64,000 bases of DNA, from contig JAJYIE010000003.1 in the NCBI GenBank assembly GCA_021790255.1, positions 68 to 64,067 on the forward strand. Reading direction: 5' to 3'. Each line of letters begins with the position of its first letter. Position 1 is the stretch's first letter. The notes beneath the pieces are model-generated. The model ran no database searches and was not told the origin of the DNA. It worked only from the letters and a program-made list of their open reading frames with translations. Both the position numbers and the translations under genes were made by a program. This document shows positions 49,043 through 59,231 of this stretch, piece after piece. The DNA comes from a bacterium. GTDB taxonomy: Bacteria; Patescibacteriota; Microgenomatia; Daviesbacterales; UBA10151.

Positions 49043-51478
49043 ATGAGTTTTCTAGATGATCTGGCTGCCCGCCTCCCTTTTAAGCTTAAACGTCGAGCCG
49101 CTGAGGCTCAATATTTTTTTGCTGTAAATATCAGCCTTTTTCAGGTCACAGCCGCAGTCTGGGAAATTTTTAACAACCGGCTGGAGATTAACGGTCAGGC
49201 AACATTACCCTCTGAGGGAACAGGTGAGCTGGTAGAAAAAACTTACCAGGCTTTAGACCGCGCAGTTGGGGCACTTGAAGTGGAACCGGAGAAAGTGCTG
49301 TTCGGAGTGCCGGACTCCTGGAGCGATAAGGAAGATCTGCGCGAACCATACCTGAAACTGCTGCGAAAAATGCTCAAAGAATATGAGCTGCAGCCTTTGG
49401 CGTATGTAACTACCACTGGAGCGATTTCTTATCTGCTACAAAAAGAAGAAGGCATTCCGCCGACGGTTATCCTGCTTGGAATCGGAGACTCTGTTGAAGC
49501 AGCGCTGCTTTCCGCTGGTAAAGTGGTGGAAAGTCATTCGGCACGGGGGGAGAACTTACTGGATAGTGTAGGAAAAGTAGTCGGACAGTTTGCTGAAATG
49601 GAGTCATTGCCATCCCGGGTTTTGCTATATTCTACCTCCTCTGATGCGGATCTAACTAAAGCACGGGATCAGCTGATGTCTTATCAATGGATACAGAAAC
49701 TGTCTTTCCTGCACTTTCCCAAGATTGAAGTTTTAGAAGAAGGAACAGCCCTGAAAGCTGTGGTTTTAGCCGGAGCGGTGGATTTGTGCCCGCAGGTTGA
49801 TCTGCGCCACAGCTTTACTGCAGGTAATTTATCCGGAACCGGTGGAGAAAGGCTCAACGGATCAGGCGCGCGCAGCTTCGGGCAAAGTTTGGCAGGAGCA
49901 AGGCCGCTTACAGATTCCGACACAAGGCAAGCAGAAGAAGCGGATGAAGTCAGCAAACACCCGGCTGGCGCCGGTTTTATTCAGGGCGATATCCGTAATT
50001 TTAAGTCTGCAAGAGCAGCAGACTCGGAAGATGATTTGCCAGCCGGAGGGAAACCCCGCTTTTCAGTTGGGACTTCTGATGAGGAGATGACAGATATGGA
50101 GCGTGAAGATTTAGATGACGACAAATTGATGGGTCCGGATAAGGAAGAAGAGATGCTAAGCGAAGAGGAAGAGGAAGGGATTTACGCGCCCCTACCGGGG
50201 CAGGTACACCAGGGTCTTATGCAACCCGCACCGGTTAGTGAAACTTCAGCTCTGCCGGCATTGTGGTTGGGCCGGTTGCAAAGGGCAGTGCAGGGGTTAT
50301 CTTTTCCTATGTTAAAAGGAGGTATGGGAGCATCGTGGAAGCTTTTGGCTCCCTTAGGCCTACTGCTGATTTTGCTGGCAGTTTATATTTTTTATCCCAA
50401 GGCTACGGTGACAGTTTTTGTCCAGCCACGGACTCTGGAGAAAAGCGCGGAGATTGTGGCAGATCCGGCAGCCACAGCGGTGGATGAGCAGAACATGATT
50501 ATCCCGGGCAAGGTGGTGGAAACTGCTGTCAAGGGATCAGGAACAATTGCCGTTACCGGCCAGAAAGAAGTTGGCGATCCAGCAAAAGGGCAGGTGGTCA
50601 TTTACAACCTGACGGAAAATCCTCAGTCTTTCTCTCAGGGGACTGCCCTGTCTTCTGATTCCGGCCTGAAATTTACCCTGGATACCTCAGTAAGTATTGC
50701 TTCCCAGTCTTCAACGATAGGCGCCGATTTTACGCAAACTATTAAACCTGGGAAGTCTGATGCAGTTGGGATGACGGCAGTTCAGATCGGACCGGAGGGC
50801 AATCTGCCGGCCGGTAGTCAGCTGACGGTCGACAGCAAATCCAAATCTGAGGTGGTAGCCCGGGTAGAGGAGGCTCTTTCCGGCGGTACCTCTAAACAAG
50901 TGACCGTTGTTACGGCAAATGATCAGGCAAAACTCAAAGCTCAGGTGCTGGACACACTGCGCCTACAGGCTGAAACGGTGCTAAAAGGGTCAGTCAATGG
51001 CGACCAGCAGGTGATCAGTGAAGCCCTGATGGTCACTGACAGCAGCTTTGATTTTAATAAGGAAGTGAACGATCAGGCCAGCCAACTAAGCGTTAACGCC
51101 ACAGCCCACTTTAAAGGCACGGCATATTCCGAAGCAAACCTGCGCTCTCTCGTGTCAAAGCTTGTCTCTACGGATATTCCGTCCGGATACTCTCTGGATT
51201 TGCAGAGTACTGAGACCCAGGCCGGTGTTTCCCGGGTGGAAAAAGACGGCAAGCTGGTATTTCAGGCACAGTTCAAAGCCGAACTGTTACCGACACTAAA
51301 CCTTGATACCCTGAAAAGCAGTATCGAGGGCAGAAGCATAGCCGATGCAAAGGCAAGTCTGAAAAATATGGATAATGTCATTGATGCGGATGTCAAGATT
51401 AACCCTCCCCTACCAGGGCCACTGCAGCGCCTGCCCCTTTTCGGCAGTCATATTAATATTGATGTTACCCCAAAGTGA
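49043..51478 (+). CDS. FtsA/actin-like N-terminal domain + TM + baseplate-J-like domain protein
   Basis: VLFGVPDSW / L.PLAYV region, acidic linker, TM, 'GDPAKGQVVIYN', 'A...GPEGNL', 'SGGTSK'. Confidence 0.6.
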   Translation: MSFLDDLAARLPFKLKRRAAEAQYFFAVNISLFQVTAAVWEIFNNRLEINGQATLPSEGTGELVEKTYQALDRAVGALEVEPEKVLFGVPDSWSDKEDLREPYLKLLRKMLKEYELQPLAYVTTTGAISYLLQKEEGIPPTVILLGIGDSVEAALLSAGKVVESHSARGENLLDSVGKVVGQFAEMESLPSRVLLYSTSSDADLTKARDQLMSYQWIQKLSFLHFPKIEVLEEGTALKAVVLAGAVDLCPQVDLRHSFTAGNLSGTGGERLNGSGARSFGQSLAGARPLTDSDTRQAEEADEVSKHPAGAGFIQGDIRNFKSARAADSEDDLPAGGKPRFSVGTSDEEMTDMEREDLDDDKLMGPDKEEEMLSEEEEEGIYAPLPGQVHQGLMQPAPVSETSALPALWLGRLQRAVQGLSFPMLKGGMGASWKLLAPLGLLLILLAVYIFYPKATVTVFVQPRTLEKSAEIVADPAATAVDEQNMIIPGKVVETAVKGSGTIAVTGQKEVGDPAKGQVVIYNLTENPQSFSQGTALSSDSGLKFTLDTSVSIASQSSTIGADFTQTIKPGKSDAVGMTAVQIGPEGNLPAGSQLTVDSKSKSEVVARVEEALSGGTSKQVTVVTANDQAKLKAQVLDTLRLQAETVLKGSVNGDQQVISEALMVTDSSFDFNKEVNDQASQLSVNATAHFKGTAYSEANLRSLVSKLVSTDIPSGYSLDLQSTETQAGVSRVEKDGKLVFQAQFKAELLPTLNLDTLKSSIEGRSIADAKASLKNMDNVIDADVKINPPLPGPLQRLPLFGSHINIDVTPK

Positions 51479-51541
51479 TACTTTCTTTGGACTGGCACCT
51501 TTTCCGATAAACAGTTAGAATCTCATTTAGACTAAGATTAT

Positions 51542-51928
51542 ATGAAATATTTAGGGGTTGACTGGGGATTAAAAATGATCGGCTTGGCAGTATCAGAGGG
51601 GGAACTGGCGGCTCCATGGCAAAGTATTAAAGTTCACAGCTTTAAGCAGGCCATTGCGGTAATCTCTGCTTTGGCCCGGGAGGGTTCTTTCGAGAAAATT
51701 GTGATCGGTCAACCTGAAAGAGAAATGGGCAAAATAGCGCAGAAAGCAGGTGGGGTTTTACAAAAGAGGGGTTTTCCCGTTATTATGGCTGATGAAACCA
51801 TGAGCACCAAAGATGCCCGTGAGCAAATGATCAAACTTGGTATGGGGAGAAAGCGGCGCCGGGATGACAATGCGGTGGCGGCAGCCATAATTTTGCAGCG
51901 TTTCTTGGAAGAGAGTAATCAGAAATGA
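51542..51928 (+). CDS. ruvX: YqgF/RuvX family nuclease
   Basis: LGVDWG...IGLAVS, VIG.P, DE..ST, D..AA..ILQ. Confidence 0.9.
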   Translation: MKYLGVDWGLKMIGLAVSEGELAAPWQSIKVHSFKQAIAVISALAREGSFEKIVIGQPEREMGKIAQKAGGVLQKRGFPVIMADETMSTKDAREQMIKLGMGRKRRRDDNAVAAAIILQRFLEESNQK

Positions 51929-52902
51929 GAAAATCACACTTTTTATATACGCTGGTGGTAGTTGCTATCGCCGGGGTGCTGGTTTTCTGGGCAGCTAAAT
52001 CTTACTGGGATTACCTTTTGTCTCCGGCTGATTCCCAAGATAGCCAGGTGCAGGTTTTTATCATCAGCAAAGGTGATGCTTCAGCCGATATTGCTGACCG
52101 CCTGCAGCAAAAAGGGCTGATCAGATCAGCTTTGGCTTTCCGGCTGTTCGCCCGCTTTTCCGGCCGGGCTGCCCAAATCCAGGCCGGCTCTTTTCGCTTG
52201 TCGCCCTCAATGAGTGCTGACCAAATGCTGCGGGAGTTGGCAGTGGGAGCTGAGGATAAATGGGTGACCCTTTTGGAAGGGTGGAGGGTGGAGGAGATGG
52301 CTGCCCAGCTGAGTAAGGATCTGGGTATAGATAAAAAAGAATTTTTAACCCGGGTCCGGGAGGGTTATGTTTTTCCCGATACTTACCTCTTTAGCAAGGA
52401 TGGCGGTGTGGCGGAGGTAATTAAAGCCACCCAGGATAATTTTAATAAAAAATATGATAAGGCGCTGCAGCAGATGGTGGAAGCAAAAGGGTTAACAACC
52501 GACCAGGGGGTAATTCTGGCATCAATTGTGGAAAGAGAGGCCCGCACCCCGCAGGCCCGGCAGATGGTAGCGAGTATTTTGTTAAAAAGGCTTAGGATTG
52601 GTATGGCTTTGAACACCGATGCTACCATCCAGTATGCTCTCGGCTATCAGCATGATGAGAAAAGTTGGTGGAAGAAAAACCTGACGGATGCGGATAAACA
52701 GGTAGATTCGCTTTACAATACCTATACCCATGCCGGTTTGCCGCCCGGGCCGATTTGTAATCCCGGGTTATCTTCACTGGAAGCTGTAGCCAACGCTGAC
52801 CCGTCAACGCCCTTTCTTTACTATTATCATGACTCAAACGGCGTTCCTCATTATGCCCGCACCCTGGATGAGCAAAATCAAAATGTGGCCAATTATCCGT
52901 AG
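51925..52902 (+). CDS. mltG: Endolytic transglycosylase MltG
   Basis: EGYVFPDTY, LASIVERE, YNTY...GLPPGPICNPG. Confidence 0.92.
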   Translation: MRKSHFLYTLVVVAIAGVLVFWAAKSYWDYLLSPADSQDSQVQVFIISKGDASADIADRLQQKGLIRSALAFRLFARFSGRAAQIQAGSFRLSPSMSADQMLRELAVGAEDKWVTLLEGWRVEEMAAQLSKDLGIDKKEFLTRVREGYVFPDTYLFSKDGGVAEVIKATQDNFNKKYDKALQQMVEAKGLTTDQGVILASIVEREARTPQARQMVASILLKRLRIGMALNTDATIQYALGYQHDEKSWWKKNLTDADKQVDSLYNTYTHAGLPPGPICNPGLSSLEAVANADPSTPFLYYYHDSNGVPHYARTLDEQNQNVANYP

Positions 52903-52904
52903 AT

Positions 52905-54016
52905 ATGGAACTATCACCTTTCAAACTAGAACGCTATTTTGCTAGGTATGAGTTCTCTGCTAAATATTTACTGCCGCCTCCGATTGCGACGGTTTGTGCC
53001 AGCAAGATCTTATCGTCCTATCGGACCCCGAAATCAAGCACCTTTGGGATAATTTGTTTAGGCTATACCGAGTCACGCGGTTTACCACTACTGCGCGAGG
53101 AAATAAGCAAGATTTATCGGGAACTTCAGCGGATGATGTTCTGGTTATTGCTCCGGAAGAGGGAATCTTTATCGCCATGAATACAATTTTAGAACGCGGA
53201 GACCATTTAATTTGCACTTTCCCAGGTTGCCAATCCCTTTATATGAAATAGCTCAGGGGCTCGGATGTGAAGTAACGAAGTGGCAGCCGGAAGAGGAAGA
53301 GAGATGGTGGTTTAACCCGGAGTTTTTAGAAAGCAGCATTCAATCAAACACTAAATTAGTGATGGTTAATTTTCCTCATAACCCAACCAGATATTTCCCT
53401 TCCAGACAGGATTTTGACCGGATAATTGAGATTGCCCGAGCCCATAATTTATATCTTTTTTCGGATGAGATGTATTATTTGTTGGAGTACGACTCTTCCG
53501 ACAGATTACCTGCGACAGTTGAAGTTTATGATCAGGCTGTGTCGCTTTTTGGTATGCCCAAAACTTTCGGTATGGCTGGGATTCGTCTGGGATGGGTAGT
53601 AACAAAAAACAGGCAGATGTTGGGAAAGTGCTGATCTTTAAGGGCTACACCACAATTTGTAGCAGCGCTCCTTCGGAGATTTTAGCCCTGGTTGCCTTAA
53701 GAGCCAAAGACCGAATTGTTGCTTAGCATCTTAATTTGATTAAAAGTAATTTAGAGTTGACTGAGCAGTTCTTTGCGAGTCATCAAGATCTGCTTAGCTT
53801 CATATATCCGAAAGCAGGAACGATCTCTTTCCATAAACTATTTTCCAGCCATCGTGCATTGAACTTTTGTGAGAATCTGGTGAGCGAGACTGGGATAATG
53901 TTACTGCCGTCAACGGTTTATGATTTTGACGATAAACATTTTTGTTTAGGTTTTGCCGGAAGAATTTCCCCGAAGCCCTAGCTGTTTTTGCGCAGTATTT
54001 GGATGAGAAGTCATAA
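52905..54016 (+). pseudogene. Class I/II PLP aminotransferase, multiply frameshifted
   Basis: FKLERYF, LGYTESRG..LR, NFPHNP, FSDEMY, K.FG.AG.R.GW spread over several frames. Confidence 0.85.
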
Positions 54017-54051
54017 AGCTAAACCATTGCACAAAACGCCAATGTGGCAGG

Positions 54052-54306
54052 CTACCTCTGAGAATCATTTAGAAGATTTTGGTAAAAGGTATTAAACCCA
54101 TATTTGATCTCAGCGCTGATTGACTTGGCGGTTTGGTTCAACTGCTGATTCCAGGAGCGGCGGTAGTTGCGAGATCTAAGACAATCCATGCTTGATGCGC
54201 ATGACCGGAAGTTATGAGGCTCTAGGTTGTGACCGCGCCTGAAAGTTGATTGATTCGCTTTTTTCAATTCATGGTTGATCAACATCTGCTCGTGATCTCT
54301 GTTCAT
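54052..54306 (-). CDS. Hypothetical ORFan
   Basis: 84-aa frame; TATACT 7 nt before ATG. Confidence 0.4.
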   Translation of the reverse strand: MNRDHEQMLINHELKKANQSTFRRGHNLEPHNFRSCASSMDCLRSRNYRRSWNQQLNQTAKSISAEIKYGFNTFYQNLLNDSQR

Positions 54307-54363
54307 ATTCTAGAGTATATACGAAGACGGCAAAATTTGTAAATCCAGGTTTTTAAATAGTAA

Positions 54364-54600
54364 GTCAGATATGGTAGGTATATTCTGTAAAAAAGAGGTG
54401 TGGGGATTTTGGGGAAGCTAGTTTGCTTACTTCAGTCACTCCGGGTATCAGATGGTCTTTGGTGATCTCCTTAAGCTTTTTCCAAAAACATTCACCAATT
54501 TTGGAATCTGTTACAAGCTCTCCCTGTGGGTTTTTTCCGGTAAAGACGTGGCAATAAACCTCGCCCGGTTACGCCGGTAGAAAGACAAGCGGACGGATCT
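54364..54600 (-). pseudogene. Remnant resembling a NUDIX-protein C-terminus
   Basis: VYCHVFTGKNPQGELVTDSKIGECFW...FFTEYTYHI*; no start codon or Nudix box recovered. Confidence 0.35.
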
Positions 54601-54774
54601 TTTAGGGATAAGAAAGGGTCAGTTTATCAAGCAGCACTTTACAACCCAACTTATTTCTACCATCCGGAAGAGATCTTTGACTACTTCTCAATTCCGCCGA
54701 TTCCAGACAAGAGTTAACAGAACAAGATGTAGATTTACCTACTGAGACAGATTTAGTCTATCGGCAGAGAGGTG

Positions 54775-55389
54775 TTAACCGGCGCGTTTGATTTCTTTAG
54801 AAGTAATTTTCCCGTCACGATTAACCTGGTAAACGTAAACTTCCCCTGTGGCGATTTCTAGCTCGGGGATTCGCTCGTCAGGGATATTTTCCAAAAATTT
54901 AACCAAGGCTCTGAGGGAATTACCGTGGGCGGAAATTAAGACATTTTTCCCGGACTTAAGCTCTGGTAAAATTTTTTCCTGATAAAAGGGCACCACCCGG
55001 GTATAGACATCTTTAAGCGACTCTCCGTGGGGTGGCGGACAGTCCCAACCGCGCCGCCATTTTAAAAACTGCTCCTCTCCAAACTCCTCTTTAATTTTCC
55101 ATTTATTTTTGCCAGTCAAGTCACCGTAGTCACGCTCATTAAGCGCCGCGTCTTTTGTGGCCGGCAGTTCAGGCTGACCCAAAACCTGCTCTATCTCGTC
55201 CAAAGTTTGTTGGGCTCTTTTTAATTTGGAAGTAAAGGCAGTATCAAAATGGATGCCGATCAGTTGCCGCCCGGCTTGCCGTGCTTCCTGCCGGCCTCTT
55301 TGTGTTAACCCCACATCCATCCACCCTGTCCACAAACCTTTAGCATTCCACTCCGACTCGCCATGTCTTATTAAAGCTAAATATGCCAT
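54775..55389 (-). CDS. gpmA: 2,3-BPG-dependent phosphoglycerate mutase
   Basis: RHGESEWN, LNERDYG.L.G.NK, AHGNSLR. Confidence 0.94.
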   Translation of the reverse strand: MAYLALIRHGESEWNAKGLWTGWMDVGLTQRGRQEARQAGRQLIGIHFDTAFTSKLKRAQQTLDEIEQVLGQPELPATKDAALNERDYGDLTGKNKWKIKEEFGEEQFLKWRRGWDCPPPHGESLKDVYTRVVPFYQEKILPELKSGKNVLISAHGNSLRALVKFLENIPDERIPELEIATGEVYVYQVNRDGKITSKEIKRAG

Positions 55390-55424
55390 GTAAAGCCCTC
55401 CGAAAACTTCCTTACTTTAATCTG

Positions 55425-55625
55425 TCATTTTTTACTACCGGACCGGTAAACCAGCGCTAATACTCCCAAAGCAATCAAAGCAAATCCCCATCTGAGCGGA
55501 TGAGTTCCGATCACCGGATAAGTCAGAAGAATCCCCACTCCAATGCCGATTATCATATAAATCGCACCGGCGTACATGACAATACTATCAAAATATCCGC
55601 TGCCGCCACTTTTGGCTTTTGCCAT
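55425..55625 (-). CDS. Small two-TM membrane protein
   Basis: GGGGGTGA SD; two hydrophobic helices. Confidence 0.6.
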   Translation of the reverse strand: MAKAKSGGSGYFDSIVMYAGAIYMIIGIGVGILLTYPVIGTHPLRWGFALIALGVLALVYRSGSKK

Positions 55626-55717
55626 CTTAATCACCCCCCCTCTGGTTTTAGTATGGAGGGTTTTTTCTGTTTTGGCAAGCAGGCAAAAGTGTAGGAAGGT
55701 TACCCGTTACCCGCATA

Positions 55718-55800
55718 TTGACAGCTAAAAGCGAATGTGCTTAAATACCCACAGTTAAATATTTAAAAGAAGGCATACTGAAATTGTATGCTTCTTTTTG
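55718..55800 (+). promoter_or_regulatory. rpoB promoter with leader terminator-like hairpin
   Basis: TTGACA at 55718; AAAAGAAGGCATAC-N7-GTATGCTTCTTTTT at 55765-55799. Confidence 0.6.
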
Positions 55801-55843
55801 TTGTGCCCCGCCGCTGGTGGGGTAGTTGGGAACTCATCTACTA

Positions 55844-58800
55844 ATGCCGGATACAACAGAACACAACTTATTAGGCACCAGAGTTTACTGGGGCAAGCGA
55901 AAGGACTCCACAGTTAATCTGGATTTGACGTACCTGCAAAAGGAGTCCTATGAGTGGTTTACCAAGGAAGGAATCGGAGAGATTCTGGCTTCAATTAACC
56001 CAATTGTTGACTTCACCGGGAAGAACTGGCAACTGGAATTTGGGGAATATACCCTGGGTAAACCGCGTTTTTTTCCGGAAGAGGCAATTATAAAAGGCGT
56101 TTCTTTTGATGCTTCTCTGCGGGTTAAGGTTACCCTGACTAATCTACAAACAAATGAGGTTTACAAGCAGGATGTTTTTCTTGGTGATATTCCCGTAATG
56201 ACCCCCAAGGGAACTTTTGTTGTCAACGGAATTGAGCGTGTAGTTGTCAACCAGATTGTCCGTTCCCCGGGAGTTTTTTTCTCTTCTTCACAGGATCCGA
56301 TCACAGGCAGGGTTCTTTATTCTGCAGAATTTCGCCCGGCGCACGGTTCCTGGCTGGAATTTTCCGTCTCCAGGACTGATGTGGTGACTGTTAAAATTGA
56401 CCGGCGGCGCAAATTTGCTGCCACTACTTTTCTGCGGGCAATTGGGTTTTCCGATGATGAGGCGATCAGAAAGCTCTTTACCGGAGTTGATGATAACGAA
56501 GACCACCATTATATTGATTCTACTCTGGCCAAAGATTTGACAAAAAATCAAGAAGAGGCTCTGCTGGAGATTTACCGGAAGATGCGGCCCGGTGATCCGG
56601 TGGTTTTGGAAAACGCCAAAAATATGTTAAACGGCATGTTTTTCAACAACCGCCGCTATGATTTAACTAGGGTTGGCCGATTTAAAATCAACAAAAAGCT
56701 TGGTCAGGATATTCCCAATACCCCGGAGAATTGGATTTTAAAAACGGAAGATATCGTAGCCACTATTTCTTATCTGATCGGTCTGCAAAACGGCCAGGGT
56801 AAGGTTGATGATATTGACCACCTGGCCAACCGCCGGGTAAGAAGGGTCGGTGAGCTGGTAGCCCAGAACGCTTTTTGGGTGGGACTCCTGCGGCTGGAGC
56901 GGGTGATTAAGGAACGGATGAGTTTGCTTTCAGCGGAAACAGAAATTAACCCTGGCAGTCTAGTCAACGCCCGGCCGATTATTGCTGCCGTCAACGAATT
57001 TTTCCGCTCCTCACAGTTGTCACAAATTTTAGACCAGACTAATCCCTTATCAGAGATTGACCACCTGCGCCGCCTGACTGTTACCGGTCAGGGAGGAATT
57101 ACCCGGGAAAGGGCATCTTTTTCCATCCGTGATATTAACCATTCTCAATATGGCCGGATTGATCCAATCCGCTCCCCGGAAGGTCCGAATATAGGACTGG
57201 TGACATACCTGGCGCTCTTTTCCCGGATTAATGAATACGGTTTTCTGGAAACACCGTATAAAAAGGTGGTTTTAGAAGATGGTAAGCCGCGGGTAACCGA
57301 CGAAACAGTATATCTTTCCGCCGACGACGAGGAGAACTTTTATATTACTGAGGCGACAGTGGCTGTAGATGAAAAAGGATTTCTTACCTCTGCCCGGGTG
57401 CCAGTGCGCTACAACGGCAGCTTCTTTGAAGCCGATGCTAAGATGGTAAACTTTATAGACATATCTCCCCAGCAGGTAGTGGGAATTTCCGCTTCCCTCA
57501 TTCCGTTTCTGGCACATGATGATGCTAACCGGGCGCTGATGGGTTCACACATGCAGAACCAGGCTGTTCCCCTGCTTCTTCCTTCCGCGCCGGTTGTTGG
57601 AACAGGCATGGAAAGACTGGCAGCGGATAATATGGGAAGAATTGTCCGGGCCCCCTTTGAGGGTACAATCACTTATGTGGACGGAGATAAATTAACTCTG
57701 GAGGGAAAAAATGAGAAAATAACTTTTGAGATCAAGAAATTTATTAATACGCCGGAGAGTACCTGTTATAGCCAGCGTCCGGCGGTAAAGTTCGGCCAGA
57801 AGGTCAAAGCTGGGGATCTTTTAATTGATGGCACTTCAACCGACAAAGGTGAATTAGCCCTTGGGCAAAACCTGCTGATTGCCTATATGAACTATGAGGG
57901 TTTGGGGTATGAAGATGCTATTGTTATTTCTGATCGGCTGGTAAAGCAGGATATCCTTTCCTCAGTTTACATTGAGGAGTACGTTACCGATGTAGTCGAA
58001 ACAAAGCTTGGCCCGGATGAGTTAACCCGGGATATCCCCAACGTGGCCGAGGAAAATCTGGCTAACCTGGACGAAACGGGAATTGTTCGCATCGGCGCCA
58101 AAGTCGGGCCGAATGATATTTTGGTGGGTAAAGTTCAGCCTAAAGGTGAAACTGAGCTGACAGCCGAAGAGCGGCTACTGCGGGCGATTTTCGGCGAAAA
58201 AGCCAAGGAAGTGCGCGATACCAGTCTGCGGATGCCGCACGGTGAACGGGGGACAATTATTGGTATCCAGATTTTATCTCGGGAAAATGGAGATGAGCTA
58301 GACGCCGGAACTCTGAAGAAAATTAAAGTTAAGGTGGCCCAACTGAGAAAGGTGACTGTCGGTGATAAACTGGCCGGCCGCCACGGCAACAAAGGAGTAA
58401 TTTCCAAGATTATTCCGGAAATTGATATGCCCCACCTGCCGGACGGAACGCCTGTAGATATTGTCATCTCGCCGGTGACTATTTTATCCCGGATGAATTT
58501 AGGACAACTACTGGAGGCGCACTTCGGCCTGGCGGCGGATCGCCTAGGCATGAAGATTGCTGCCCCGGTTTTTGAGAAAATCCCTGAGAAGATACTGGTG
58601 GATCTGCTCAAAGAGGCCGGTTTGCCGGAACACGGAAAGATGAAACTGATTGACGGGCGCACCGGTGAGTATTTCGACCAGGAAGTGGTAGTCGGCAAGG
58701 CTTATTTCTTAAAGCTGATCCATATGGTGGAGGATAAACAACATGCCCGTTCCACCGGACCGTACTCAATGGTTACACAGCAGCCTTTGGGCGGGAAAGC

Positions 58801-59230
58801 TCAGATGGGTGGCCAGCGGCTGGGGGAGATGGAAGTCTGGGCGCTGGAAGCTTATGGGGCTGCCCATATCCTGCAGGAAATGTTAACTATCAAATCTGAT
58901 GATGTGATCGGCAGGACCAAGGCTTACCAGGCAATTATCCAGGGTGAGGATATCCCGCAGGCTTTAGTGCCGGAGTCATTCCGGGTACTGGTCAAGGAGC
59001 TTCAATCATTAGGGCTGAATATGGAGACAGTTAATCCGAAGGTTATCCAAGTTGCTCCGGAAGAGCCTAAGGAGGCGATAACGGAGGCAGTTCAGGAGAT
59101 GGAACAGGTGCTGGAGGCAGGCCCCGTGCTGGAGAACGCTAACGAACTTTCTGAGAACTCCGGCATGGAAGTAGTTGACCTGAAAGACGAAACAGAGGAA
59201 AATATTGCAGCGGAAGAAACTGCCGAATAA
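55844..59230 (+). CDS. rpoB: RNA polymerase subunit beta
   Basis: NGIERVVVNQ, PEGPNIGL, GDKLAGRHGNKG, GGQRLGEME. Confidence 0.98.
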   Translation: MPDTTEHNLLGTRVYWGKRKDSTVNLDLTYLQKESYEWFTKEGIGEILASINPIVDFTGKNWQLEFGEYTLGKPRFFPEEAIIKGVSFDASLRVKVTLTNLQTNEVYKQDVFLGDIPVMTPKGTFVVNGIERVVVNQIVRSPGVFFSSSQDPITGRVLYSAEFRPAHGSWLEFSVSRTDVVTVKIDRRRKFAATTFLRAIGFSDDEAIRKLFTGVDDNEDHHYIDSTLAKDLTKNQEEALLEIYRKMRPGDPVVLENAKNMLNGMFFNNRRYDLTRVGRFKINKKLGQDIPNTPENWILKTEDIVATISYLIGLQNGQGKVDDIDHLANRRVRRVGELVAQNAFWVGLLRLERVIKERMSLLSAETEINPGSLVNARPIIAAVNEFFRSSQLSQILDQTNPLSEIDHLRRLTVTGQGGITRERASFSIRDINHSQYGRIDPIRSPEGPNIGLVTYLALFSRINEYGFLETPYKKVVLEDGKPRVTDETVYLSADDEENFYITEATVAVDEKGFLTSARVPVRYNGSFFEADAKMVNFIDISPQQVVGISASLIPFLAHDDANRALMGSHMQNQAVPLLLPSAPVVGTGMERLAADNMGRIVRAPFEGTITYVDGDKLTLEGKNEKITFEIKKFINTPESTCYSQRPAVKFGQKVKAGDLLIDGTSTDKGELALGQNLLIAYMNYEGLGYEDAIVISDRLVKQDILSSVYIEEYVTDVVETKLGPDELTRDIPNVAEENLANLDETGIVRIGAKVGPNDILVGKVQPKGETELTAEERLLRAIFGEKAKEVRDTSLRMPHGERGTIIGIQILSRENGDELDAGTLKKIKVKVAQLRKVTVGDKLAGRHGNKGVISKIIPEIDMPHLPDGTPVDIVISPVTILSRMNLGQLLEAHFGLAADRLGMKIAAPVFEKIPEKILVDLLKEAGLPEHGKMKLIDGRTGEYFDQEVVVGKAYFLKLIHMVEDKQHARSTGPYSMVTQQPLGGKAQMGGQRLGEMEVWALEAYGAAHILQEMLTIKSDDVIGRTKAYQAIIQGEDIPQALVPESFRVLVKELQSLGLNMETVNPKVIQVAPEEPKEAITEAVQEMEQVLEAGPVLENANELSENSGMEVVDLKDETEENIAAEETAE

Positions 59231-59231
59231 T

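Noticed and set aside
49043-51478. Prophage or contractile injection system
   Set aside because: No other phage or tail genes; the gene has a TM helix and sits among housekeeping genes.
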